Shown here: piece after piece, positions 51,770 to 64,000 of the stretch | How the letters are laid out: each line of letters opens with the position of its first letter | Position numbering within the stretch: position 1 is the first letter of the stretch | Assembly (NCBI RefSeq): GCF_006345805.1 | Contig: NC_043006.1 | Coordinates: 49,910,001 to 49,974,000, forward strand | From: Octopus sinensis | Taxonomy: Eukaryota | Direction: 5' to 3' | Length of the DNA: 64,000 nucleotides | Position numbers and translations under genes: made by a program | The notes under the pieces: model-generated | The model's input: the letters and a program-made list of their open reading frames with translations, nothing else | What the model was told of the DNA's origin: nothing | Databases searched by the model: none

Positions 51770-52497
51770 ATTTATGAGGATATAAATACACTAACACTGA
51801 TTGTGAAGCGGTGGAGCGACACAGACACAAACACACGCGCGCACACACACACACACACATACATACATGCGACGGGCTTCTTTCAGTTTCCGTCTGCCAA
51901 ATTCATTCACAAGACTTGGGTCGGCCCGAGGCTATAGCAGAAGTCACTTGCCTAAGGTGTCACGCAATAAGTCTGAACCTGGAACCATGTTGCTGGAAAG
52001 CAAGCTACTTACCACACAGCCACACACGCACACTCACACACACAGACACACACACACGCGCGCACACACAAACACACACACAAACAAGCAAATCCACCTT
52101 TACATTTTACTCTTTTACTTGTTTCAATCATTTGACTGCGGTCATGCTAGAGCACCGCCTTTTAGTCGAGCAAATCGGCCCCAGGACTTATTCTTTGTAA
52201 ACCTAGTGCTTATTCTATTAGTCTCTTTTGCCGAACCGCTAAGTTACGGGGACGTAAACACACCAGCATCGGTTGTCAAGCGATGTTGGGGGGACAAACA
52301 CAAACACACATATATATACATATACATATATACGATGGGCTTCTTTCAGTTTCCGTAACCAAATCCACTCACAAGGCTTTGATCGGCCAGAGGCTATAGT
52401 AGAATACACTTGCCCAAGGTGCCACGCAGTGGGACTGAACCCAGAACCATGTGGTTGGTAAGCAAGCTACTTATCATACAGCCACTCCTCCGCCTAT
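51770..52497 (-). mobile_element. Two SINE family B copies in tandem (51770-52025 partial; 52105-52497 full)
   Basis: Family B motifs on the minus strand. Confidence 0.88.
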
Positions 52498-53035
52498 AAG
52501 AAAACTTGTGTAAGAAAAATTAACTTTACTTATGAGTAAACGCTTGTGTGTTTGTATGCACTTGCGTTTCTGCACGAGATGAGAATTTTTTTCAAATATA
52601 ATTCTGCCAAACTTGCATCTCTAAGATGAATCTACTTACGTCAAGCATTTCCTATTTTGCCCCCATATATGCAAACGTGTGCGTGTGCAAATCACTGTGA
52701 TGTCATTGTTGCCATTGTCTTTCATTGCCATTGACATTGTTGCGAAAGTTTTCAGATAAACATTTATTTGTGCTCGAAACAGCAGCTGCATTCTTAATTC
52801 GTTAGAATTCGTACATATATAATGCATATTCCCTGCTACCAAAAAAAAAAAAGTTATAAACGAAAGTGCAAACTGTCGTTTACTATATTTTTCAGCGTGT
52901 TGTCTTTGCAAATATTTCTTGTGTATTATGTTGTTTTGCTATGTTAAGCTATGTCACAAATTCAATTCAACCTAAAAGTTCTTAATAAAGTGTATTTGTA
53001 TACTAAAGGGACAACAACGAGTATGTTTATTATTA

Positions 53036-53338
<303 letters not shown>

Positions 53339-53405
53339 TTCAGCCGGTACTAAGGCAGCTGAAATAAAGTTATAACGAAAGGAAACCATAAATGATAATA
53401 ATAAT

Positions 53406-53773
53406 AACAAGAGCACTCAGAGAGCGCAAACCTCAGCCAAGGCAACACCAACATCCTCTTAACGATTAGCCAGAGATGATTTTTAGAATGAGAATATCTG
53501 AAATAAACTCGACTGCTCTCATAAACAAGAATAATAGAATTGAACCCGACGGCTCTAAAAAATTAAGTAAAAGAAAAAAAGGAAAAATAATCCAGAATCT
53601 TCGTCCGATACCGGATCGGTCCCAAAATCTTATCAGTTCGTGCCAGCTACGAAGCCAAATATCCCTGAAAGTTTCGTCCGAATCAATCCAGCGGTTCTTG
53701 AGATATCTTATCCACGAACAAACAAACAAACACGACTGAAAACAATACCTCAGCCTTCGCTAAGGCAGAGGTT
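53406..53773. mobile_element. Helentron-associated non-autonomous element (HINE-like)
   Basis: Terminal hairpin ACCTCAGCCTT-CGCT-AAGGCAGAGGT (53747-53772), a matching subterminal ACCTCAGCC at 53430-53438, a (CAAA)n micro-repeat, and insertion in AT-rich repeats. Confidence 0.7.
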
Positions 53774-53790
53774 AATAATAATAATGATGT

Positions 53791-53851
<61 letters not shown>

Positions 53852-53869
53852 AATAATATGCGGCCTTAG

Positions 53870-54820
53870 ATATTCTGAATAATAAATGGCAAGAAAAACC
53901 TCTCTATGGCAAATACCCAAAGAGAGCGAATAATGCAGATATTGACAAGCCCTGACCCATCAATGGCTAATGGCCTCTGGCTTAAAATCTGAAACAGAAG
54001 GGTTATCATAGTAGCTCAGATCAATGCCTACCAACAAGAAAACTACCAGGCCAACATATTAGAACGGCTGTAGCTCAATATGTCGTGTATGCCGACAACA
54101 AAATGAACCATTGATCATGTTGTCTCCAAATGCAGTCTTCTAGCGCCTACAGAGTACCTCAACAGGCATGATAGAGCTGCACAATATATTCACTGGGTAA
54201 TTTGCAAAAACCTGGATTTGCCCCATGAAAAAAACTGGTGGGAACACAATCCACCTCCAGTGCTTGAAAATGACCACATCTCACTCCTCTGGAACTTCAC
54301 CATCCAAACTGACAGAAAGATAGATACAAATAGGCCAGACATCATATTGAAAGGCTTCAGACAAAGAACATGCCTCCTCATTGATATGACTGTCCCAATC
54401 GATATAAACGTATCTGTCAAGACCTACCAAAAACTGAGCAAATATAAAGATCTTGAAATAGAAATCAGAAAAATGTGGAACCTGAAGACGAAAACAATAC
54501 CTGTTGTCATAGGTGCCCTGGGAATGATAGCGAAAGAGGCTGATTGCTACCTAACTCAGATACCGGGAAACCCCAAAATGGCAGAAATTCAAAAGATAGT
54601 GCTCATGGGAACTGCACATATCCTACGCAAAATACTCTCTATGTAATCCCAAGGTTTAATTTATGTATTAGACATTCACTAGTACAACAACACAAAAAAC
54701 CCCAAATATATGGCACACTAGGCATAACAACAACGTGAACTTCCAACCTGTTTCTCTTGAGGTCTCTGGGTGAGACTTGGAGCCAACTTGTACAGACATA
54801 AAGCAAAAGTCAAACGTAGA
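53870..54820 (+). mobile_element. R4/Dong-clade 5'-truncated copy
   Basis: WQEKPLYG...SGLKSETEG...CRVC...DHVVSKC...RHD...NRPDII...KLSKYKDL...GTAHILRKILSM* (stop 54646); 3' UTR followed by (TAA)n; TAA/TGA tract upstream. Confidence 0.92.
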
Positions 54821-54899
54821 ATAATAATAATAATAATTTCTAACTTGTCCCTTGAAGCTTCAGAACCAGAACAACAACAACAACAATAACAACAATGAT

Positions 54900-56085
54900 A
54901 ATAAGTCTTCCTTTATTGGATTGGGGATTTGCATGCAACACTTGTAAACACTAAAACAAAAACAATTAGCAATAAAATATTAATCAATAAATATTCCCCA
55001 AAAGGTGGGGTTTCCAGCTAGAGGCCACCAAGGACACCCAGATCAGCAAGAGCACTTAAGGTAGGTACCCTCTCCTCTTCACTTTCTCTGGCCTTCAGAC
55101 TAGGCCCATTCCTACAGGCCACTCTCACTACTTTCACCAACCTTTCAACAAGAACTGGTGGTGGTATCACTTCCCTCTCTACCATCACTTACCTTTTCAA
55201 GTAGAACTTCAGATGAGTGCTTGCTCGAAGAGGTATTAGTCTTCAGTCCTTCCAAGCTCGTCCACCACACCACCTCTCTTGCCAGAGCCACCAGAGGAAA
55301 ACTTAATGCCCTTCGCGGTCAAAAGAAGGCAGTTAGGCGATCCTCACGATGGACTCGGCTGTCTACCGGACCCACCCTACATGCAACAACAGCTGTTCGA
55401 CAAAATTTCACATGTCTGGAGACTGGACGAGCTCATGCAGAACTGTTTCGTTGCTCTGCGCGCATCTCGAACAGGTTTGTTTAATAGCACTTCCGTGCTC
55501 GTAGAGTTTATATGGAACCAACAGACTCCACCCCAGTAGTATTTCCAGACCAAGAGTTTTTGGAAATTATCAATAGGCCCCAGTTCGAAAGTTCTCCGGA
55601 AAAGAACAAACAAACGGTCTCTCTCGATGTCCAGAGATTCCTCGAGGACGTCGTCGCTGTTGCCCACCACTAATCTCTTATAGAACAATCTTCCACTGAC
55701 AACATGGCCCAACTGGCAGAGGGTTGTGAGCACTTGCTCACACACTAATTGCCAAGCGCCCTGTATTTGTCTACGGCTGAACCAGGATTTCAGTTTCATG
55801 AATTAAACGAACTGAGGAAAATCCTGTTTAACAAACGGTGACCTGACTTGCTCACCGATAAGAAAACACTGGAGATGTAGCAGCCTCAACGCATGTCTGC
55901 GCATCATTAGCCACAGCATGCCCAGTGCTCCACTCAACAGCTGCTAACAGCAGATGAACCATCTGACGAGCGGAATCCGTTCCTTTCACAGAAAGCAGAA
56001 GAGTAAGCGCTCCAACTTCATTAGCCACGAAGTATGGCAAGGGACAACAGTCTGTCAGTGTTAGACGACAGAAACAAATTCACAT
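54900..56085 (-). mobile_element. Tx1-clade LINE ORF2 C-terminal fragment plus 3' UTR
   Basis: FYKRLVVG..DDVLEESL...DNFQKLLVW, then (frameshift) YKLYEHG...TCSRCAQSNETVLH, a CCHC-type motif of L1/Tx1 ORF2. Confidence 0.75.
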
Positions 56086-56091
56086 ACAGTA

Positions 56092-56490
56092 AGGCGGTGA
56101 GCTGGCAGAATCGTTAGCACGTCGGTCGAAATGCTTAGTGGTATTTCGTCTGTCCCTACGTTCTGAGTTCAAATTCCGCCGAGGTCGACATTGCCTTTCA
56201 TCCTTTCGGGGTCGATTAAATAAGTACCAGTTACGCACTGGGGTCAATATAATCGACTTAATCCGTTTGTCTGTTATTGCTTGTTCTCTCTGTGTTTAGT
56301 GCCTTGTGGGTAGTAAAGAAATAGGTATTTCGTCTGCCGCTACGTTCTGAGTTCAAATTCTACCAAGGTCGATTTTGCCTTTCATCCTTTCGGGGTTGAT
56401 AAATTAAGTACCAGTTACGCACTGGGGTCAATGTAATCGACTTAATCCCTTTGTCTGTCCTTGTTTGTCTCCTCTATGTTTAGCAATAAA
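56092..56490 (+). mobile_element. SINE family A, dimeric form
   Basis: Complete head GGCGGTGAGCTGGCAGAATCGTTAGC, plus a second body after the linker. Confidence 0.9.
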
Positions 56491-56629
56491 GAAATAAGAA
56501 ACAAATTCACATACATTTTGTATTCTGCAAACATTTCGTCAAAGGACTCACTCATCTCACCCTTTTCTCTCTTCATTTGATTGTATGTAAATACTCCTCA
56601 CGAATTGTAAACTGTCATTGTAATGACGC

Positions 56630-57326
56630 CTCTGACACCATCATCATCATCATCACCACCACCGCCACCACCACCACCACCATCACCATCACCACCATCA
56701 CTATCATCATTTTTAATATCATTCTCATAATCATCATCATCATCATCATCACCACCGCCACCACCACCACCACCATCACCATCACCACCATCACTATCAT
56801 CATTTTTAGTATCATTCTGATAATCATCATCATCATCACCACCACCACCACCACCATCATCATCACCATATCAACACCATCATCATTACTTTTATCATCA
56901 TCATCATCACCACCACCACTACCACCACCATCACCATCATCATAATCATCATTTTTAGTTTCATTCTGATAATCCTCACCACCACCACCATCATCATCGT
57001 TATCCTCATCATCATCATCATCATCATCATCACCACCACCATCATCACCATATCAACACCATCATAATTACTTTATCATCATCATCATCATCATCACCAC
57101 CACCACCATCACCATCACCATCGCCACACCACCACCACCTTCACCACCTCCACCATCATCATCATTATCATCATCATCATCACCACCACCACCACCACCA
57201 CCACCATCATCACCATATCACCACCCTCATCATTATTCTTATCCTCATCATCATTATCATCATCACCACCACCACCACCACCACCACCACCATCATCACC
57301 ATATCACCACCCTCATCATTACTTTT

Positions 57327-57375
<49 letters not shown>
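56630..57375. repeat. (CAT/CAC)n microsatellite with higher-order repeat units
   Basis: Recurring CACTATCATCATTTTTA.TATCATTCT.ATAATC and CACCATATCA.CACC.TCATCATTA.TTT blocks. Confidence 0.9.
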
Positions 57376-57807
57376 ATATGATCATCTTCATCGTTCTCGT
57401 CGTCATTGTTGTTGCTGTTGTTCTCGCTCCTGTTGTAGTCATTTCTATCCTTACTATCACGAACCGTCATTATTCGCACTATTTGCCGTTGCTTTCGTGT
57501 AATCATACATCAGTGTGTCACCAAGTACTTCACATCCATGCAATAACAACATTTTTTTTTTTCTTTTCCGTTGTACAAGCATACAATACATCACATTTAC
57601 ATGTAACACAACGTTGTACAGCTATGAAAACTCAAAGAACTTCATCATGAATATACGTTACTAATTTCTTCTAGATTGTGCGTTATTTCTCCGAATATTC
57701 CTCAATATAATTCTATTACACACATACCTCACAGGTATTGCAATTTTGCTAATATTAGCACTGATTGGCATACAAGCTTTGAAATATAGATATACATACA
57801 TACATAC

Positions 57808-57888
<81 letters not shown>

Positions 57889-57923
57889 CATACATACATA
57901 CATACAATTATATTATATATATT

Positions 57924-57956
<33 letters not shown>

Positions 57957-58000
57957 TTTATATATATAATATATATTCATATGCATTTATATATATACAT

Positions 58001-58031
<31 letters not shown>

Positions 58032-58218
58032 AATATATATATATAATATATATATATATATGTGGTATACATATATATATCATTTATATATATATATATA
58101 TATACATATACATACACACACATACACACGCACACACACACACAGTCACACACATATTAAGTATTAATAGAAAGAAGACAACAACGAAAAATATGACATA
58201 CCTATATATATATATATA

Positions 58219-58260
<42 letters not shown>

Positions 58261-58837
58261 TAAATGTAAATAGTAAATAAACAAAGATATACTAAATACA
58301 CAGGCGAACAGGTACATATATATATATATATATATATATGTATACGCACACTGACATATATAAATGCATATGTGCATGAGTGCAGTTATGTACACGTGCA
58401 CATATAACATGCACTGATATAACAGAGGTGCATGCATATATATATGAATACGCGTTTGTATTTTCATGTACGTGTATGTGTGTCTGTGTGTGTGTGCGTG
58501 TTGTGTATGTATGTATGTATGTGTGTGTGTCCTAGTGTACGCCTGCGTGTGTATGTATGTATGTGTGTATGTGCCTGCGTGTATGTGCGTGTATACAAAT
58601 TGTTACAGGAGTTAACAAAAAATTACGTACAGCTACCATAAAAATGAGTGTGCATGCGCAACATTGTCATAATCATCACTATCATCGTCATCATCATCAT
58701 CGTCGTCATCATCATCGTCGTCATCGTGTAGTTGTTATGTCTCTCTTTCATCGACGTAAACCCCCACCTCCTTTGTGTGTTACATCTCGTCCCTTAATAT
58801 TGTCCTCAATGTTTTGGGCCCTTGTGGCAAATAAAAG

Positions 58838-58872
<35 letters not shown>

Positions 58873-58882
58873 TATCATCATC

Positions 58883-58946
<64 letters not shown>

Positions 58947-59474
58947 ATTGTTGTTGTTGTTGTTTGTTGTTGTTTGCAGGACGATAAATTAATTACCAAA
59001 GACTGGAGTCGAAGTAATCGACTAGTTCCTTCCCGCCAAATTTAGCAGAAATGGTAATTATTATTGTTGTTGTTGCTGCTGCTGGTGTTGTTGTTGTTGC
59101 TGTTGTTGTTGTCATGGCTGTAGCTGCTACGGTTATCAGCATTATTGCTCTCATTATTATTTGCACTTCCACTACTGTATTCATATTTGAGCGCAGCGTC
59201 ACCAAGTGCTTTATATCCGGGTATTAATTGCATTGCTTCATTGCGTGTGCTTCTAATATACCACACAACTATGTAATTCAATGCTGTGTACCTGCGAAAA
59301 CTAGATGACTTTTAGCACAAATACATTTCGTTATTTTCTTCATGTTTGTTATCTCTATAACTATTTTACAATGGAGCTTCCTTTCACGCATAACTCATTG
59401 AGGTATTGCTATGTTATTAATATAACCGACTAGCATTCATGAATGTGTCTGTGTATGTATGTGTGTGTAGCTGA

Positions 59475-59618
<144 letters not shown>

Positions 59619-59644
59619 CTATATATGGTAGATGAGTTCAGCAA

Positions 59645-59940
59645 AAATTTAGATTCAGATGAATATGGTACTTAAGTTGAGGCACCAGAATTTTGTACGG
59701 TATAATCCATACAATTTCAAAGGTGATTAAAATCAAAATAAGCAACAATGATATTCAGAAGTAATGCAGTACGATCGTTTCATGCAACTCCATTTAATTG
59801 AACGATGCAATTATTACATCAATTCAAATGCAGACCAATTGTCATTGATGTAATGATTGCATAGTTCAATTCAATGGAGTTGCATGAAACGATCTTACTG
59901 TATTACCTCTGGATACCCTTGTTGGTTATTTTGATCATAT
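59645..59940 (+). mobile_element. Second copy of the 19158 family, containing a 204-bp fold-back (59732-59935)
   Basis: Arms 59732-59803 and 59863-59935 with a partly self-complementary spacer. Confidence 0.8.
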
Positions 59941-60099
59941 ATATTATATATATATATATATATATAATATATATATACATATATATATGGGTGGAGTTCA
60001 GGCTGAATTTGACGATTTTTATGCTAGTTTTCAGGAACAACTTGACATATTCGTGAACAGTCAACGACACTGGAGAGTATAAAGATTAAAGCTGTATAT

Positions 60100-60372
60100 T
60101 TGAAAATAGTTGCCTGTATCATGATGATTCCTCCAATTTCTAACGTCCTAATTCCCTCGACTGTAATCCAATGATTTACTACGTGTGGAGTGCAGTTGAG
60201 AAAGTTATCAACCGCTCTGCCAGGGCCGAGCTGGTGGCCAAGATCAACGAGGTATTTGGAAACCTTCCCGGGGACACAGTGAGGAACGCATGTATCACGT
60301 TCCGGAACCGTCTTCAGGTAGTGGAAGCTGAGGGCAGCTACTTTAATCAAACTGCTATTTCCCATCCGTAAT
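60100..60372 (+). mobile_element. Tc1/mariner transposase C-terminal remnant (maT/DD37D-like)
   Basis: PNSLDCNPMIYYVWSAVE...VRNACITFRNRL..VEAEGSYF resembles the PPNSPDCNPLDY.VW...ACxxFRxRL..EG.Y ending. Confidence 0.6.
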
Positions 60373-60384
60373 TTAGTTGATTTT

Positions 60385-60620
60385 TTTTTTGTTTCAGTCA
60401 TTTGATGGCGGCCTTTAGTCGAGCAAATCGACCCCAGGACTTATTCTTTGTAAGCCTAGTACTTATTCTATCAGGCTCCTTTGCCGAACCGCTAAGTGAC
60501 GGGGACGTAAACACACCACCATCGGTTGTCAAACGATGTTGGGGTGACAAAATCAGACGCACAAACCTATATACATACATACATACATACATACACACCC
60601 AAATACACTATATATGTGTA

Positions 60621-60708
<88 letters not shown>

Positions 60709-60875
60709 TGTATGTATATATGTATGTATGTATACGACGAGCGTCTTTCAGTTTCCGTCTACCAAATTCACTCACAGGGCTTTAGTCGGCCCGAGGCTAT
60801 AGAGAAGACACTTGCCGAAGGTGCCACGCAGTGGGACTGAACCCGGAACCATGTGGTTGGTAAGCAAGCTACTTT
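60385..60875 (-). mobile_element. SINE family B
   Basis: Family B motifs around an internal TA/ATAC microsatellite; another copy at 62545-62930. Confidence 0.9.
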
Positions 60876-61466
60876 TATTCATTAAATTTGCCATGTAGGC
60901 AGCACATAGATAAGGTAGCTTTACGGGCTGGACATAGACATTAATGAGGCGAATGATTATGATACAAAAATGATAAGGATGGGAGAAGACAGAAAACGGC
61001 CGCTGACACTCTACTTCTCTAAAACAATGTTCTTTAAAAACGCATATGCAGATGTATTAACCCTCTTACAGCCACTCCTGCGCCTAATCTAGTTGATATT
61101 TTTTTTTATTTTTAAAATACTTTTATTTTTGAATAGGATGTGCTTTCTCTTCCTTTAATAGTAATTGTCAAATTAGCTCGGACATCCTGAAGAGGTGTTA
61201 CTGCCAGAGAGTTATAGTAACTGTCATGTAGAAGAGGAAGACAATTCAAAAATAAATTAAAAAATTATGGCGCCATTGTTTCACGGGTGGGTTTGATACA
61301 ATGATAGCAATTAATTAGGCATTTTCGTAATAGTTTCTCTAATTATTTTGGCTCTAATTAAAAATTAATTACCTTTTACTTTTCAAAACTTATTATTTTT
61401 GGACTGTATTCATAGTGGTAACTATTGATTAATTATATTAAAAGATTTAATATTTATACGACTAAA

Positions 61467-62460
61467 AGCGGTGAGCTAGCAGAAACGTTAGCACGCCGGG
61501 CGAAATGCGTAACCATATTTCGTCTGCCGTTACGTTATGAGCTCAAATTCCGCCGATGTCGACTTTGCCTTTCATCATTTCGGGGTCGATAAATTAAGTA
61601 CCATTTACGCACTGGGGTCGATGTAATCGACTTGATCCGTTTGTCTGTCCTCGTTTGTCCTCTCTGTGTTTAGCCCCATGTGGGTAGTAAAGAAATAGGT
61701 ATTTCGTCTTTTTTTACGTTGAGTTCAAATTCCGCCGAGGTCGACTTTACCTTTTATTCTTTCAGGGTCGATAAATGTGTACTGAGGTCGATCTAATCGA
61801 CTGGCTCCCTCCGGATTAAGACGATTATATCGACCCCAGTACCTGGCTGGTACTTATTTTATCGACCCCGAAAGGATGAAAGGAAAAGTCGACCTCGGCG
61901 GAATTTGGACTAAGAAGGTAGCGGCAAACGAAATACTTATTTCTTTACTACCCACAAGGGGCTAAAAATAGAGGGGACGAACAAGGAGAGACAAACGGAT
62001 TAAGTCGATTATATCGATCCCACTGCGTAACTGGTACTTATTTAATCGACCCCGAAAGGATGAAAGGCAAAGTCTACCTCGGCGGAATTTGAACTCAGAA
62101 CGTAACGGCAGACGAAATACGGCTACGCATTTCACCCGGCGTGCTAACGTTTCTGCCAGCTCACCGCCTTCTTTTGTTAATAAATAATTATTTCTACTCT
62201 AGGCACAAGGCCTTGAAAATTTGGGGAGAAGGGGGATAGTGGATTATATCGACCTCAGTGCGTAACTAGTACTTACTTAATCGACCCCTAAATGATGAAA
62301 GAAAAAGTCGACCTCGGCGGAATTTGAACTCAGAACGTAGCGGCAGACGAAATACCTATTTCTTTACTACCCACAAGGGACTAAACACAGAGGGGACAAA
62401 CAAGGACAGACAAAGGGATTCAGTCGATTACTGGTACTTAATTTATCGACCCCGAAAACT
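61467..62460. mobile_element. Cluster of dimeric SINE A copies: 61467-61805 (+), 61815-62168 (-), 62190-62460 (-)
   Basis: Family A head, body and linker motifs in both orientations. Confidence 0.9.
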
Positions 62461-62525
62461 TGATATATAAATTTATATATATATATATACATATATGTTA
62501 TTAATATATATATATAATAATATAT

Positions 62526-62544
<19 letters not shown>

Positions 62545-62556
<12 letters not shown>

Positions 62557-62930
62557 TCTTTTATTTATACTTGTTTAAGTCATTAACTGCGGTCATGCTG
62601 AAGCAGCGCCTTTAGTCGAACAAACCGACCCCAGGACTTGTTCTTTGTAAGCCTAGTACTTATTCTATCAGTTTTTTGCCGAGCCGCTAAGTTACGGGGA
62701 CGTAAACACACCAACATCGTTTGTCAAGTGATGGTGGGGGGAACAATCACAGACACACAAATATATATATACGACGGGTTTCTTTCAGTTTCCATCTACC
62801 AAAATCCACTTACAAGACTTAGGTAGGCCTATAATAGAAGACACTTGCCCAAAATGCCACGCAGTGGGACTGCATCCGGAACCATGTGGTTGGGAAGCAA
62901 GTTTCTGACCACACAGCCACTCCCGCGCCT
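62545..62930 (-). mobile_element. SINE family B
   Basis: Family B motifs on the minus strand. Confidence 0.88.
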
Positions 62931-63472
62931 ATATATATATATATAATATTGTGTATATGTATGAAAATTATTATTCTATTATCAACATTAAATTATACAT
63001 TATGCCTTATATTGATGCTTTTGTTGCAAACCATATTAAATAAAATTGTTGAATCAACATGATTAATCTCTTAAGCTTATTTGCATTTTGAACAAAACGC
63101 AAATGTGAACAAAACTTTGTTTTCCATTTATAAACAACATTTTCCAAAGGAATTCTTTATAAATGTCAATTTCCTTTCTGTGTAATAATATAAATGGTCA
63201 TGCATACGTTTGTGTGTGTCGTTGTGCATGTGTATATATCTGTGTGTAAGTGTGTGCGTGTGTGTGCAAACCCTTGTTTCCTTGTGGGTTAACATACGTA
63301 TGTATGTATGTTTGTATGTATGTATGTTTGTATCTATCTATCTATCTATGTATATTTGTCATTACATCAATATCTATCTACTATCCAGCTATAATTCTCT
63401 AAACACACACACCTAAACACACACACAATACACACACACAACACACAATACAGACATATATAAAAGAAAGAA

Positions 63473-63516
<44 letters not shown>

Positions 63517-63583
63517 GCATATACATTTCTATATATATTTATATACACGCATACACGCATACATGTATACATGTATAAGTTTA

Positions 63584-63617
<34 letters not shown>

Positions 63618-64000
63618 TGTATACATGTATAAGTTTATGTATATATATATATATGTATGTATACACACACAAACACACACACACACACACATATATATAT
63701 GTATGCATATACATATACATGTATATATATTTTTATAAACACATACATTTATGCATGCATATGTGTGTATGTATGTATATGTGTGTGTGTGTGTGTGTTG
63801 TGTGTGCGTGTGTGTGTGGTGTGTGTGTGTGTGTGGTGTGCAAACACGCATACATATATGATCAATTTATAAGTGAACGGATATGATTTTAATATTGATG
63901 ATATATAATCTCTATACGTATTAACTTAAGACAGAAATGAACATGCACATAATCTATTATAACGTCAGCCATTTGCATTATCTTCTAGAATTTCTATTCA

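Overview
AT-rich, microsatellite-saturated eukaryotic DNA, intergenic or deep intronic. The SINE and LINE families look like those of an octopod cephalopod, which is an inference from recalled repeat families and was not searched. No intact host gene is supportable, and almost all ORF-track entries are microsatellite or antisense artefacts. The window is a nested transposon graveyard. It holds at least four tRNA-headed SINE families (about 20 copies, several with target-site duplications), three R4/Dong-type fragments next to (TAA)n, RTE and Tx1/L1 remnants, one full-length but broken DD34D mariner (30672-31955), Tc1 and maT-like remnants, a degraded Helitron Rep-helicase missed by the ORF track, and several MITEs. 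The main signal is a set of Penelope-like element (PLE) remnants: one RT, two GIY-YIG fragments, and tandem or inverted pseudo-LTRs. These carry a diverse series of minimal type I hammerhead ribozyme folds with palindromic stem III. One has a canonical core (6354-6443, mirrored at 4888-4976). Several have variant cores: U3-A8 (11373-11430, three copies), A3-U8 (19170-19275) and U6 (49309-49344, 41929-42061). All folds were paired by eye and none has been tested. Large inverted repeats are frequent, so the region has high fold-back/dsRNA potential.
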